Positions 38,090 through 50,935 of a stretch of 64,000 bases of DNA are shown here, one piece after another. Numbering within the stretch: the stretch's first letter is position 1; every line of letters begins with the position of its first letter. The notes under the pieces are model-generated. The model did not search any database. It had not been told where the DNA came from and saw only the letters and a program-made list of their open reading frames with translations. A program made the translations under genes and the position numbers. The stretch comes from Hydrolagus affinis. Lineage: Eukaryota. Location of the stretch: assembly GCA_012026655.1 (NCBI GenBank), contig JAAILG010000753.1, forward strand, positions 1 through 64,000. Direction: 5' to 3'.

Positions 38090-38865
38090 ATTCAAAACCA
38101 TACTCCACTATGAGTTACACCCTTCAGGAAAGATAGAGTAAAAAGAGAGATTTATCATAACTGACCCTCAGTAATGTCAAAATAGACTTTATAGCCTTTT
38201 CCCTCCGTTTGTATCAACCTACAGTTACTCAATTTGTTTCCCAGGGAAAGTAAAGATTTCACCAGGTATGTTTAGGGCTCTGATTCTCAAAAGCAGTCGA
38301 GTTTGTCCCGATTTATGCCTGAAATTGAATCATGTGGAAGTTATGTATATTTCAGTTGGGGTTTTTTTGCCTGCAAAACAGGTTGCATTGAAGTCCTCAC
38401 ATTTTATGCGGAAAATCAATTTGTTCCGTTTAAAAGATAGACAAACATCATTTTAAAAATGTGCAGAGAGAGAGAGAGAGAGAAAAATAAACACTCATTC
38501 TTTCTTTTAAATGACTGAGGGCTTTCAAAAATAAGTTTTTAACTGTTAATTTTTTTTCATACAGTTATATTGACCCAGCACATTATGTTTGACATTTCTT
38601 TGTTTTCATATCTCTACAGCTGATGTGAGAGTTTCTGAAACTGTCAAATGCGGTTATTAGGTATTTAGCTGAGCAAGGTCAGGTACAGGGCTGACTGCTA
38701 GTTCACATTATACCCAGCGTGTTCACACTGCGTGGGTGTGAATCACATCACTTCTGAAACTACCATCTCTCGGAGTGATTCCTGCTGTCTGAACCCCCAT
38801 TTTCACTGTGTTTGGCAGCCAAAATTGTTGGGATTTGACACAAATTGTGTGGTATAAATATGGCA

Positions 38866-38931
38866 TTATAATAATAATAATAATCCTTGCATTTGATATT
38901 GCGCTTTTCACATCTTATCGACGTCTCAAAG
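38866..38931 (-). mobile_element. SINE tail
   Basis: (taa)n tccttgcatttgatattgcgcttttcacatcttatcgacgtctcaaag. Confidence 0.85.
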
Positions 38932-39811
38932 ATTAGATATGAATCGTCTCTTTCTGCAAACGTTCTCCCCTTCATAGAAAAAAAACTATCACACGTTCAA
39001 AAGTGTCAAATTATTAATGTAGAGAATGGTTTGACAGATCCCGTGAACTTCACTTTTGTATAGGAATTCCGTAGAACTGTGCAGAGATCTGAGGACGAAG
39101 CACGATTTCTACACAGTGCATTTTTCTGTCGTTGCGTGAACTATATGCCTTTTACAATTCTGCACCAAACTGCACCTAAACGAAAATCCCTTCTTTGCAT
39201 TTAACTCTGTGACAGCAAGAATTAGGAAGAGGTTAACTCTGTCTACAGTAATCAAATATTTGCGTTTCATACCCATAATGTTGTGGTCGCATGTTGTTGC
39301 GTTGATCGGATGTCAAAACAGTCAGTTTGAATGTAATGTAACTTTGAGTAACGTTAACACAAAACAAAATCAACATCATTTAACAGGCGTAATATATTGC
39401 GGCAGTAAAACTTTTATTTGCATAAGTGGGTTTAATAATGGGATCAAGCAAATAATAAGCTGTTGAGTGTGACTGAACAATATTTACACAGTCTGGCGAG
39501 TGATAATTCTCACAAGTGCAAAAACAAAATTAATAATATGCTCACCCCCATCCACAGCAGCGTGGAGTTAATTAAAGGGTGCAGTGAGATTCTGGCAATT
39601 GTCTGCTCACCTAGAATGAACAAAATCTCTCGGAATCTCTCATGGATAAATGTGAGTTCCGCGCAACCTTTCATTTGTGAGTAAACAGTCTCACACCTCG
39701 CTTGTCTCCATCTGACTCATATCTTTCAAAGCCACGAAGAAAGAACAACAATTTATGACCAACGTGCCATATTCTCTCCCCTCGCCAACCCCATCCTTTA
39801 TGGCACGTAAG

Positions 39812-39918
39812 AATAATAATAATAATAATCCCTGCATTTGGTAGATATAGCGCCTTATCACGTCTTTTGAGACATCTCAAAGCTCTTCACAGATTATACT
39901 GTAAAGTGAGTTGATTGC
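39812..39918 (-). mobile_element. SINE tail
   Basis: (aat)n ccctgcatttg...agcgccttatcacgtcttttgagacatctcaaagc. Confidence 0.85.
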
Positions 39919-40008
39919 AAGTGCTCCCTCCACCCTGTGTGTGCGTCGCGTTGAATTGCCGTTAATATTCCTGTGTTTTATCTCTCGCTCGTTTTCTACT
40001 TTCCTCAG

Positions 40009-40242
40009 GAGATTCTGCTCAGCTCAGGTTAAAAATTGGTTTCCTGGTTGCTGGCGTGTATGACGTTCCAATCATAATTACAGATTCTGGCAATCCTCCA
40101 TTGTCTAACACCTCAGTTATTAAAGTGAAAGTCTGTCCTTGTGACGAGCATGGAGATTGTACAGCTGTTGGCGCGATAGCAGCAGCTGGATTGGGCACAG
40201 GAGCTATTATTGCTATCCTCATATGTATTATCACCTTGTTGA
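40009..40242 (+). CDS. cdh4: cdh4 coding exon (exon 13 equivalent), EC5 and first part of TM
   Basis: cctcag|GA...TTGA|gtaagt; [77 protein letters not shown]. Confidence 0.96.
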
Positions 40243-40307
40243 GTAAGTACAAGATTTCGGATATCGTCTGCTTAATTCATCTTGATCGAGTTCTAACAGT
40301 CGAATGA

Positions 40308-40511
<204 letters not shown>

Positions 40512-43500
40512 TAGCTCGACACGGCGTAGTCGAGTTCCTCAAAATCCCAACCAGCGCTATTATAGGGCTCTGTCACTGCTCTGCACTTTCACGCTCACTG
40601 CTCGGGCAAACAAAATAGGCGAAATGCTGGTCAGTGTGGGTGAATGAAGCACATCACGTCAACCTCCCAACCACCCAGTGGCTCAGAAGCTGGCATGAGC
40701 GCGGACAGCCACCAAACCCTCAAAGCATAAAACCACTGTGAGAATAATTGTGTTCAGGCTGTACACTCTCGCTTCCTGCTCATGAGACACCTGTCTTATA
40801 AGTGAACCCGCTTTATAACCAAGTGTGTTATAACAGGGTTCCTCTTCACTGCACTGTCTCATTCTATGGAGACTACCGACTAGATCTCAAGGCGTTTCGT
40901 ACAAATCGGGTCACGGTTCAGGGAAATTCAATGAAGTGTTCATTTAAAAGAAAATTGCTTCAGGCCGGTCTCGTGGAAGGTGGGAATTCAAAAAGGGTTA
41001 ACAGTGTATCATTTGCCGCAGCCTATCATTTTCTGTGATAAAACTGCAATTTTGAGATTTCCAGTTCAGTGCTTTTGTTTAAAGATTTGCTGAAATAAAA
41101 GTTTACCGAAGTAAATGATTGTTGTATATACAGAGCAGCATTTGACCTTGAAGGTACTGTCAGTCAGCAAAAGTGCTGTGTTTTTAAGCCGGTATTATTA
41201 TCTAACAAAAGCAGTCAAGTATTACATTGTTGAATGGTTTCTGTGAAAGACCTGATATACTTTAGACTTTATTACAGTGGTAGCGTGTCTGAAAAATCTA
41301 GTTTTAATTTAGTGAGTGCTCTTACGCGGAGATTCTGGTTGCATGTAATTTTTTGTTTTCTTAATTATTATTGAAATGAACTCGTTACTGAATGAATTTG
41401 GTTCGACGATGCCATACTTGTCCAGGCTCCGTAAACCATTAAGAAAAATCGTTCTTTTTTTACAACATTGAAATCTCAAAATGTTTGGCTGCATCTTCAG
41501 AATAATTTAAAAGAAACTAACGGTATAAATAACAGAACTTTAACATATGATTCGAACATGATTGTAATGAGGATTTAACAAGGAAGTAATAATGAAGGTG
41601 TTGATATGCTTACAGCAAGATTTTTCACTGGTCTGTGCATGTGCCTGCTATCGGTAAATTTCACATCACATCTGGACAGTAGATTTACTGACTAGCTGAA
41701 AATCACTCTCTTAATCTTTGCAAGCTTCCAACAGGATGTAATTCCTATGAGCTTCTAATCTTCAGTCTCTATTCACACATAAGCGGAGTGCCCAATGTTC
41801 AATATTTCTTGAGGTATTTATATAGCTATCCAAACCGAGATCCCATGGATACACAGGACTGCCAGAGTTCCCACAGGTGAAATTGATGTGTTTCTGATTA
41901 CCGGAAGCAATCATTAAGCTGGGACTGTGAATTAAATACCAGATTCTTTTCTCATCTGTAGAGCGAAAAACACTTTAGGAACTTCAAGGATCACAAGCCA
42001 TCTTCCACCTACTCGTTTGATCATGTTACTTCTCGAAACATCAGAAGTTCTTCTCTGGCAATTGCAACAGACTCTGGTGTTGGTCAAACCATTGAATGTC
42101 TGCAGAATATTGTATATCAGTCCAACTATGCAAATTATTGCAAATTGGCAGCACGTTGCAGACTTGCAAGCTAATTTTCTTACACGGGTTTCACGTTAGT
42201 ATTGATATCCCCCCACCCGCTCGAACCAGGTGTTCAACTTTTTACTCTCAGGAGTTAAGTCAATGTGATCTTAAGCTCCCCCAAATGCTTATCCATCATC
42301 TTTGAAGATGAGGCTAAGAAAGCGGTTGACTGAGAACGCAAGCGAACAAAGTGGAAAGTTGCATACAAAGCATATGTTCATCTGCGTAATTATCTTACTC
42401 CATCTGGCACATCTCAAATGAAGATTTATCCGATGTCGGGTTGAATAGATTGTTCACTTGTAGCCAGTTGCAAGGGGAATATCTTCCGATTCCTGAACGT
42501 CGCTGTACGCGTGCGTTACATAGCTCCTTGAACGCTCAAAGAAGTTTTTATTTAGCAACGCAGTCACCTGGAGACATTGCCAAGATGGATAATTGGAGCA
42601 CAATAACCACAGTTATCGGGAGGCTGTGCTTGATGAGCCAACCTGATTGCTTTTACGTTCTTGTGAAAGGTTAGTCCTGCTGCTGTTTTGGTTAATGTCA
42701 CGTCCAGGTGATAGTTGATGTTTTCTCACAGCACAATCCTACAGAGGTTGGACAATTCCTCCTCTCCTCTCTCTTTCCCTGATTGTGGGATCCCATTCTA
42801 CAGTGCACAGAATAACAATGGTTACGCCCGAGCCTGCTCCCAAAATAGCTTGCTGCTTCCAGTTTGCCAGTGGTAAAACCCTTTCACTGAACCATGCTCT
42901 AAAAAAATGAAAGCTTTATGAATGGAAGAAACTGAATGAAGTTCTCGTTATCAATCCTTGCAGTCGGGGAGCAAAGCTGTTCCCCCGAAAGTTTATTAAT
43001 CGATTTCAAAAAGAAACTTTGTAATTCTCCAGAAGTTAGCAGGCACGTTACAGCTGCATTTAGTTCATTGCTTTTTCTGCCTCCACCACTTGTTTCTTCC
43101 CCCCTTTCTCTCATCCTATCCTGTCCTTCTACTGTGATACAGTTCTGCCAGCACTCAGAGCTCTCTGGAATTTCATTCAAGCAACCGTTATTCATTCTTT
43201 CCCCAAACCCACCCTCTCTGATAACGATTATACCAATTGCTATCCTGGCTCAAATCAGTTCATTCAACACAGACATGTAACCTTCTGGGTGTAATGTGTT
43301 GAGCTGAACTGGTGAGTGGTCCCTTGACCAACTAGGCCACAGGTGAAACCTGTACTTTGTTTCTTTTAAAGTGGGTTTGACCTTGAATCTACTAATCATT
43401 GCCATCCAATTCTAACAAGATTTTAAAATGCTTTTTAATCAACTATTAGGTGGCATTCCATCTATTTTTCAGCAGCAGTGTGCTTGTACCTATGTTTTGA

Positions 43501-44443
43501 TCATTAATAATCAGTCCAATTTAAATGCCATTTCTGATCAATGGCACTGAATAAAATGCATTAGTCAAGAATACCTTCAGATACATTTCATTCGTAACAG
43601 TTAGTGTTGCTGTGTAGACTATACTTTTTTTTAAAAAAGATGTCTAGAAGAAGCCAATTAATTTCTCCAGAGGGTGGATAAATGGGCTAATGGCTGCTAA
43701 ATTGGATAGTCTGTCAAGTGAGAAGTGCGATGGACTGCCATTTCATCAACCTTTTCACATATGAAAAGAAAAGACTCGCAGCAGATGTGAGATTAATAAT
43801 CCTCGATAATATGCTCTTTGATTACACAACATCTGAGAGCGATTTGACTGTGAGCACCACTCAAAATGCAACAACAGCTGCAGAAATTACACATCAAGAT
43901 CAAATAGGAATGGGCAACACAAACAAATGTGTGGTGCCACACTCTGAGAAAAATCTGAACTCTCTTGTGTTCACATTTGATCTCTTCCTTCCAAAAAACA
44001 CACACCCTCCCATTCCTCCATTAGCAGCATTAGCTGCTTTTTAAACAAGTCCAGAGTCCTGGCCTCAACCCCGTTTCCTGACAACCTGTTCCAGTCATTT
44101 CAGTAAAGAATCTAAATGAATTGATACTTAGCGGCTGGAAAAGATTTAGTATGATAAAGATCTACAGTTATTATTTTTCTCTCGTGTTGATAAATTGCTG
44201 GTCATTTGGGAATGTGAAAGTAGCATTGCAATGCTGTTACTGGCTAGCATTTGCCCCAATTCCAAGTCACAGCTATCACTGCAAGAACGAGCCACTGGAT
44301 AACATTTCGATTGAGGTTGTGCGTGTCCTGATCCATTTTTATTTGATGATATACAATTATTGACTAGTAGAATCGAAATACAACCTGAGTTCATCAAACC
44401 GTATCTAACAATGTAACTTGTTCTGCCGAAGTTTGCCAAATTG

Positions 44444-44722
44444 TGGAGTCCTGTAGCTCAGTGGTTAGAGCACTGGCCTTACAAGCGATAGACCTGAGTT
44501 CATTTTCAGGCAGGGCGAAACATTCGGCAAGTTTCCTTATTCCATACGCCTGATAATAATCCCTCAAGAAAAAAAACTATAATAATCCGGTCATTACAAT
44601 CCACTAATTTTGTCCACAAATATACAGTCAATTCACTTTACAGTACATTCTGTGAAATGCTTTGAGACATCTAGAAGATGTGAAAAGCGCTGTATCAAAT
44701 GCAGAGATTATTATCATTACTA
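44444..44722 (+). mobile_element. Full-length tRNA-derived SINE with internal deletion
   Basis: tggagtcctgtagctcagtggttagagc...; lacks the tgtttgtggg...aattggctgc segment; tail present. Confidence 0.9.
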
Positions 44723-46992
44723 TAAATGCTGTCAAAATTCTGAGAAAATAAATTCTCACTTCTGGCACAGCACACAATTTACTTCACAAATTGCGCAAGT
44801 GGTATAATCACTCTACCAAAGCAAATCGTGCACTAAGGATAATTATTGAGGCGATGGAAGTCAAAGCATTGAATCAGGCTCATTTGCAATGTGCAAAATG
44901 ATTGTGTGTGCCTCCAATTCAAAGATTACTGGGATATCATTGTAGGGTAGGTTATTTTGAAAATATTCCTAAAGTAAGGCTGAGCACAGCAGAGCTGAAA
45001 GGCAGAGCAATGTTTGTCACAGGGCGCCTTCAGTAGTTCGAGCTGGGAGTTCTATGCGTTCGGTCCTCGATGTTAATATTCTCACAGTGCAATCCGACAA
45101 GACTACAGCATCATTAACATCCAGCAAGCAGCCAGGACCCGCTGTCTGAACGCACTGAACCAGGGAGATGGCGATGACATCTAGGACTTCCTGAAACCGT
45201 AGTTCTAAACCGCAACTACCAAGGGATAATGCAAGAGCATGAGGGTTAACCACTGGGCGAAGGTGGCAGAGTATCAGTGACTGATTCACCAAAGCTCTGG
45301 TGGAACATAACAACGAATGCCTTGGGATCTGAAAAACAAAATCAATGCTGACAGCTGCTTGGGTGATCCAGCTGTCAGCTGGTCTGATACTATAAAGCAT
45401 TTGGAAATGTAGGAGGAGGTTGAGAAGCAACTTCTAACGAACAGCTTCTGAAAGAAACGATCCGACTTGCACTTAGAGATTTGTGAGCTCCTCTAAAGAA
45501 TACATGAAAGCACGCGGAAAATAAAACAACCACTGATATATCAGAGCCTGCTTTACCACCAATATAGATTGTTTCTGATCTCATCCAGAGTTCAGAACCC
45601 TGGTTTAGATAGATAAATATCAGTCAAGGTTCTGGCTCCCCTTTGCTATGTATCCATCCCTGTTGCAATGTTTGTACACATGGCATTGGTTGATGACAGA
45701 ATAAGGTTCAGCCTTAAAAGTGAATTCCACACACCCAGCCAAACACGCAACACGGTCAAGTGTCTGTATCCCATCGACTGCCAAGATTGACATACGAATC
45801 GTGGCCTAATGGTTAATTATCCTGAGAGACAAGCACTTTTGGAATCTTCCCTTGGTACAAGGAATAAAAGTAATCAAAATCCTCCAGGAGAAGTGGGTGA
45901 AAGCAGGTTAAGAAACAAATTGCTTCAAGGAGGATTTTTATCAATTAACGCACTTCTGCAGCAGCCTAAACTGGTGTAAATTTAAGTAACAAAATCTATC
46001 TATTACTCTCTGTCCAGCTTTTCAATAATTAATTTATTGATTGTCTGGATAAGATAATTTATTTCATTAAATCGCAATCACTATTTCGCACAATTTGGTT
46101 TGTGTTGCACTTTTTTTTACATAATGATTTTTTTTTACATAATATGATTTTCGAATCAATGTTTGTTTTTCTTGCCTTCTCCATTATAGCAAATCAACCT
46201 CACTATAAATTGAACCTGATGCTGGATAGAGCGAGCATTACCTGGACAGAATTAATTTCCTCCTCTCGTTTTAATGTCTGTGTCATTGGAAAGGCAGGAA
46301 ATGGATACTTTCATCGCTTCAGGCTCAAAACTGGATGATGTATATTTCTCCCACAGAAAAATCCATCCAATTAATGTCACTTAGGTTGCTTGCTTCCATG
46401 TTCTTCTCTACTTGCCAGCAATTAGTTGTAGTTTTTATGATATCTATTTGGCAACTCCGAGGTACATTATTTTCTTCAGCCTCTGTACGCGTTTGATAGG
46501 TTTGGCTGACTCATTATAGCTAATTAACTTCCATAAGGCTGTTAACTTTCTTATTCATTAAGTCAAGAATGAGAGCTAATTTTGACCCAGCGTAATTAGT
46601 CGAATTTGCAGTCCCTTCTTTTTGTATTGTAAATCATAAGCATATACGTGATTTAGAAACCTATGTGCTTTATATTAAAAAGGAATAGGCAACCGTTTAG
46701 TCCTCCTGGGACAGATAGCGCTTGCCCTAGGGAATGCCTGGGGTTAGGGACCTCAAACCTCTATTTGCTTTCAATGAGTTTGGATTGATATCTTCATAAA
46801 GGTGGACGTTTAGAATAATTCTAATTCATTTGTTCAAGTAACCAGAGTCAAGGAATTCATAACGACCAGAGGCCCGGAAACAATAATCAGTGTCGGCTCC
46901 GGGGAGAGATATTTCCCGAAGCAAACTAAATAAAATGGCGATCCGAGGGAAGAGAGAAAGTATGTCTCAACTTCTGTTGCCTCGTTTTGCAG

Positions 46993-47157
46993 GACTATGA
47001 CTTGAGTCAGTTACAACAGCCGGACTCACTGGACCCTGTGTTGGCAAAGACTCCCGGAATCCGACGTGTTGATGAGCGGCCGATTGGCGCTGAGCCACAG
47101 TATCCGATACGTCCAACAATTCCTCACCCTGGAGATATTGGGGATTTCATCAATGAG
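46993..47157 (+). CDS. cdh4: cdh4 coding exon (exon 15 equivalent), cytoplasmic domain
   Basis: ttgcag|GAC...GAG|gtgata; [55 protein letters not shown]. Confidence 0.96.
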
Positions 47158-47224
47158 GTGATAAAAACACTTTTGCTAACTCCATTGCTGAACTCATTAA
47201 GAAATATATTCAAGTGATCAGTTA

Positions 47225-47360
47225 ATTGGTACCAAGTCATTTTTTTTGCCCACAGAATATACAGCCAATTCCCTTTTACAGTACATTCTGTGAAGCGCTT
47301 TGAGACATCCCAAAGACGTGATGAGAGTTAGGCGCTATATCAAAAACAAGGATAATCATT
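47225..47360 (+). mobile_element. SINE 3' part
   Basis: gcccacagaatatacagccaattc...tgtgaagcgctttgagac...ggcgctatatcaaa. Confidence 0.8.
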
Positions 47361-48258
47361 TAGCAGTGGATATTTCTGAATTGACACCAAACTGAACTGA
47401 GAAAACTATATTGGAATGATAGCAAACAATAGGTGTTCAAGAATATTTTAGAAATTGCTGCCACACAAATTGACTTTGAACCAGAATGGGGTTCATTTTT
47501 CACAACTACTCTAGAAATTGTGTAATTGAAGGACGTTAGTTAAGCATTGCTTGACGGTTATCCAGGCCTTTCTCACCTCAGGTTTTGGGAGGCGTTATTT
47601 GTTCTTTGCCAAGTTTCTGGAGAAGATAAGGATTGTGAGTGTGGAATTCCTTCCTTTAGAGAAAAGGAGGTAAATCTGTTGTGCAATATTCCTGGTTGGA
47701 ATAATCTATTCCTTATTCTGAAATGGAAAATTAAAGAATAAATAAACACGAAAGATACAGAGTCACCTATTCAACGTTTAGCCCAGGGTAAACTGGGATA
47801 ATCAAATGAGAAATTCTATATAGTCTTAGCCTGTATAATCACTTTTTCTTAACATTCAAGATGGTGCAGAATTTTGTGAAATGCTTGAACTCAGCTTTGA
47901 TTAGGAAGCTGTTTTTTTCACAGTTTCTTTGAAGGAAGGAAGGTCTTGCAAATCAAGCCTGAATTGAAGATGTTTCCACAATTCTTACCGGCTAAGAGCA
48001 GGTGGAATTTCAGTGTCCTGTGGCTGCGTGCCTAGATCTAAAATCCTGAGTACATCCTAGAATTGTTCTCCCTCCTCTCCTCGCTAGTGAACATTTATTG
48101 CACTAAATCATGCAATCGATATAGACAAAATATATCCTGATGGTCATCAAAGGTTACCTGAAAGTTAGCGCAAGTTTACAATTCAAAATTTGTGTCAGAG
48201 TATTATAGTTTTGAAAAGCGTTGTTTCATTTGAATGACGAGACTCCATTATCATTTTG

Positions 48259-48597
48259 AATAATAAATAATAATCCTTGCATTTGATGTAGTGCTTTTCA
48301 CATCTTCTAGACGTCTCAAAGCGCTTCACAGCATATATACTTTGTAAAGCAAGTTGACTGTATATTTGTGGGTGAAACGCGGCAGCCAATTGCGCACAGC
48401 AATTTGTCTCACAAACAGTCGTGGATTGAAATTACCAATTTTTTTTATTATTGTGGTTGTTGTTGTTTTTTGACGGATTATTATGAGGCGTGTGTGTGGA
48501 GTAAAGAAACTTGCCCAAGGCTTCGCCCTGACCTGCCTGGATTCGAACACGAGTCTCACGCTTGTAAGGCGAGCGCTCTAACCACTGAGCTTACAGG
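48259..48597 (-). mobile_element. Full-length tRNA-derived SINE
   Basis: Reverse A box (gctctaaccactgagct) and B box (ggattcgaac), with body and (taa)n tail; head ~50 nt from the last acceptor. Confidence 0.93.
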
Positions 48598-48636
48598 AAT
48601 GTTTGATGATTTAACAGTTTTTTTCTCCCCCTTTGA

Positions 48637-48855
<219 letters not shown>

Positions 48856-50050
48856 CAGTACACTAGGAATGAAGGAACTGTACAAAAAGAGGCAGCTTTT
48901 TCATTAATATTCCTCGCTGACCATAATATTTTTTAGTGGTGGGTTAGTTTTTTTTTATTTTAGAACATGAGCTGCTTAGCATGAATGCTTGTTGTCTTTG
49001 CCGCATATTTTTGGGTCAGTCAGCAGGAATATCGCTCAACGTCTGCTTTACAACTTAAGAGTGAAAGGCGCTCTTTATTAACTTGAATTTCTTAGTACAG
49101 AAGCACTGTTTTTAAAGTGCCTTTTTGGTACGTGTTTTATCGGATTCCCTCAATCTCAGGAGCGATTAAAATTCAACCATCTATTGATCCCTGGTCCACG
49201 ACTGGCTAAGAAGAGAAAATAAACGAATCAGTATATTTCCACTCTGGCTAATGGACACGTTTCCTTTTTTGCCTTTTAAACTATTGGTGTAAAATACAGT
49301 AAAAGACAAAATGTACAGCGTTACACATGTATTAACGGCCATGTTTCAAACTGAGCAGGTGGGTGGCTAATCACACTGTATATGTTGTATAGAGCTTAAC
49401 TTTGGAAAAAAAAATCTAATTTGCCAAGCAGTGTACAAATAATGGCAAAACCTTCTGAAGAGACTGGTAAGTCTTCATTAGTATTCAGTATTAGTTTGGC
49501 TTTCTTTCTTTTGAAGTCTGGAGTGAAATTTGACGTCATATTAACGTAACTTAATTTTTTTTAACATTGGTAGTCCACTTAAGTTCTCAATATAGTGTGT
49601 ACATAATGTAGTCTTGCTTGGAGCGAACACCACCTAGGTAATGTTATGTGTATAATTGGAGCTTTTTTCTTTTCTGCATGTGTTTTCTTTTTATATATTG
49701 AACGAGTAGCAGACCCGCATGACTGTGGTTGTTTTCAGAGAACAGTTCCTTCTGATGTCACGTAATTCATGTTTCAACACAATCATTGCACAGTTAGACA
49801 AAACTTTTTTTTGTAATGGTCAACAGCACAAATATTTTGTATCGTTGTTTGTACCATTTTGTACCAAAAAAAAAAGGGAAGATAGAGAGAGAGAGAAAAA
49901 AAAAGTTTTGAATGTGTGTTTCTAGTGCCACTGCAGTCTTGGTTCAACTGAGTAACAGCTTTGCAGATTTATTGTGTACCAGAGCTGAACTGGTGCATTT
50001 GCGTCTGGCCCCTCAGTGTTATAAATAAAATTCCCCTTTTAAAACACTGA
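48856..50050 (+). other. cdh4: cdh4 3' UTR (end approximate)
   Basis: AT/U-rich stretch with no obvious TE after the stop codon. AATAAA occurs at 49218-49223 and 50024-50029, and TEs resume at ~50070. Confidence 0.65.
50024..50029 (+). terminator. Candidate distal polyadenylation signal
   Basis: AATAAA at the end of the TE-free UTR block, followed by T/GT-rich sequence. Confidence 0.5.
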
Positions 50051-50068
50051 CTTGGTTTGAATTCCTTT

Positions 50069-50255
50069 CAACAACAGATTACATTCGTATAGTGCCCTTG
50101 CACATCGGAAGGACGTCCCAAGGCGCTGGACAGTGAGGTCCCCGAGCTGGTGGTTGCGATCGGGGGGATGGAGGGCAGGGAGGAGGGTGACCGAAGGCAC
50201 GGTCGAAAAGGAACATCTTGAGACGGGTCTTGAGGGAGGCAAGGGAGGGTTTTCA
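50069..50255 (-). mobile_element. L2-type LINE 3' end
   Basis: caacaacagattacat...ggacgtcccaaggcgctg...ggtcgaaaaggaacatcttgagac; reverse homologue of 34202-34510. Confidence 0.8.
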
Positions 50256-50819
50256 ATGGTTGATGTTCTAAAGACACTATCAGTGCTGTGTTTATTATGC
50301 TTTGAGATTGTTGCAGAGGATTGAACCTATTGAACTTACCGGTGACACTAGAGCCAGGGAAATTTATCTTAATGTGCTTTATCGTCTGTGACTATCCTCA
50401 TCTTAATATCTTAAATATGATACAATCCCATTCTAGGCCATCTTCATTCATGACTTCACTTCACAGACACTCAAACGCCTTTGCGTTGAGAGCTATCTAT
50501 ATCTGGGTGTGTGACATCTAAAGTGTGTCTAACTTGAAACTCACAGATTTTCAACTCAGTTCCTTTCAAAAATGACTGCCAGGTGGCATGCGTGGGTAGA
50601 TAGTTTTGTATGCTTTTTTTTACAGAGCCTATGATTGATTTTGAATGAAATGCTAAACAAAATTATAAATCTTCACCACAGTAGAATAATACTCGATAGG
50701 TTTCCCAGAGAATAGGGGACTCCAACTGATTCTGTATCAATGAACTCCTTGAAATGACAAGTACAAATACTTAATGAATCCATATTCTATTCTAAACAAA
50801 CAAGCAAACTACGTGTGGT

Positions 50820-50935
50820 TGATTGGAGAACGGAGAAGGTAAATGGGACTGAAACAATTGTTGCTTTTAAAGTGCCTACATAGGCACAATGGGCCAAATG
50901 GCCACCATTTGTCGAATGGAAATTTCTATGGTTCG
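50820..50935 (+). mobile_element. CR1-type LINE 3' tail
   Basis: ggagaacggagaaggtaaatggga...ggcacaatgggccaaatggcc...tttctatggttc. Confidence 0.6.

Noticed and set aside
40006-40011. NAGNAG acceptor (CAGGAG) at exon 13
   Set aside because: A distal GAG is rarely used, so there is no reason to expect a real isoform.
44222-44235. 14-bp perfect palindrome AGCATTGCAATGCT
   Set aside because: A few palindromes of this length are expected by chance in 64 kb, and there is no supporting context.
45017-45430. 137-aa minus-strand ORF in a GC-richer intronic patch
   Set aside because: No domain, motif or splice context that I can recognise; possibly an old TE remnant.
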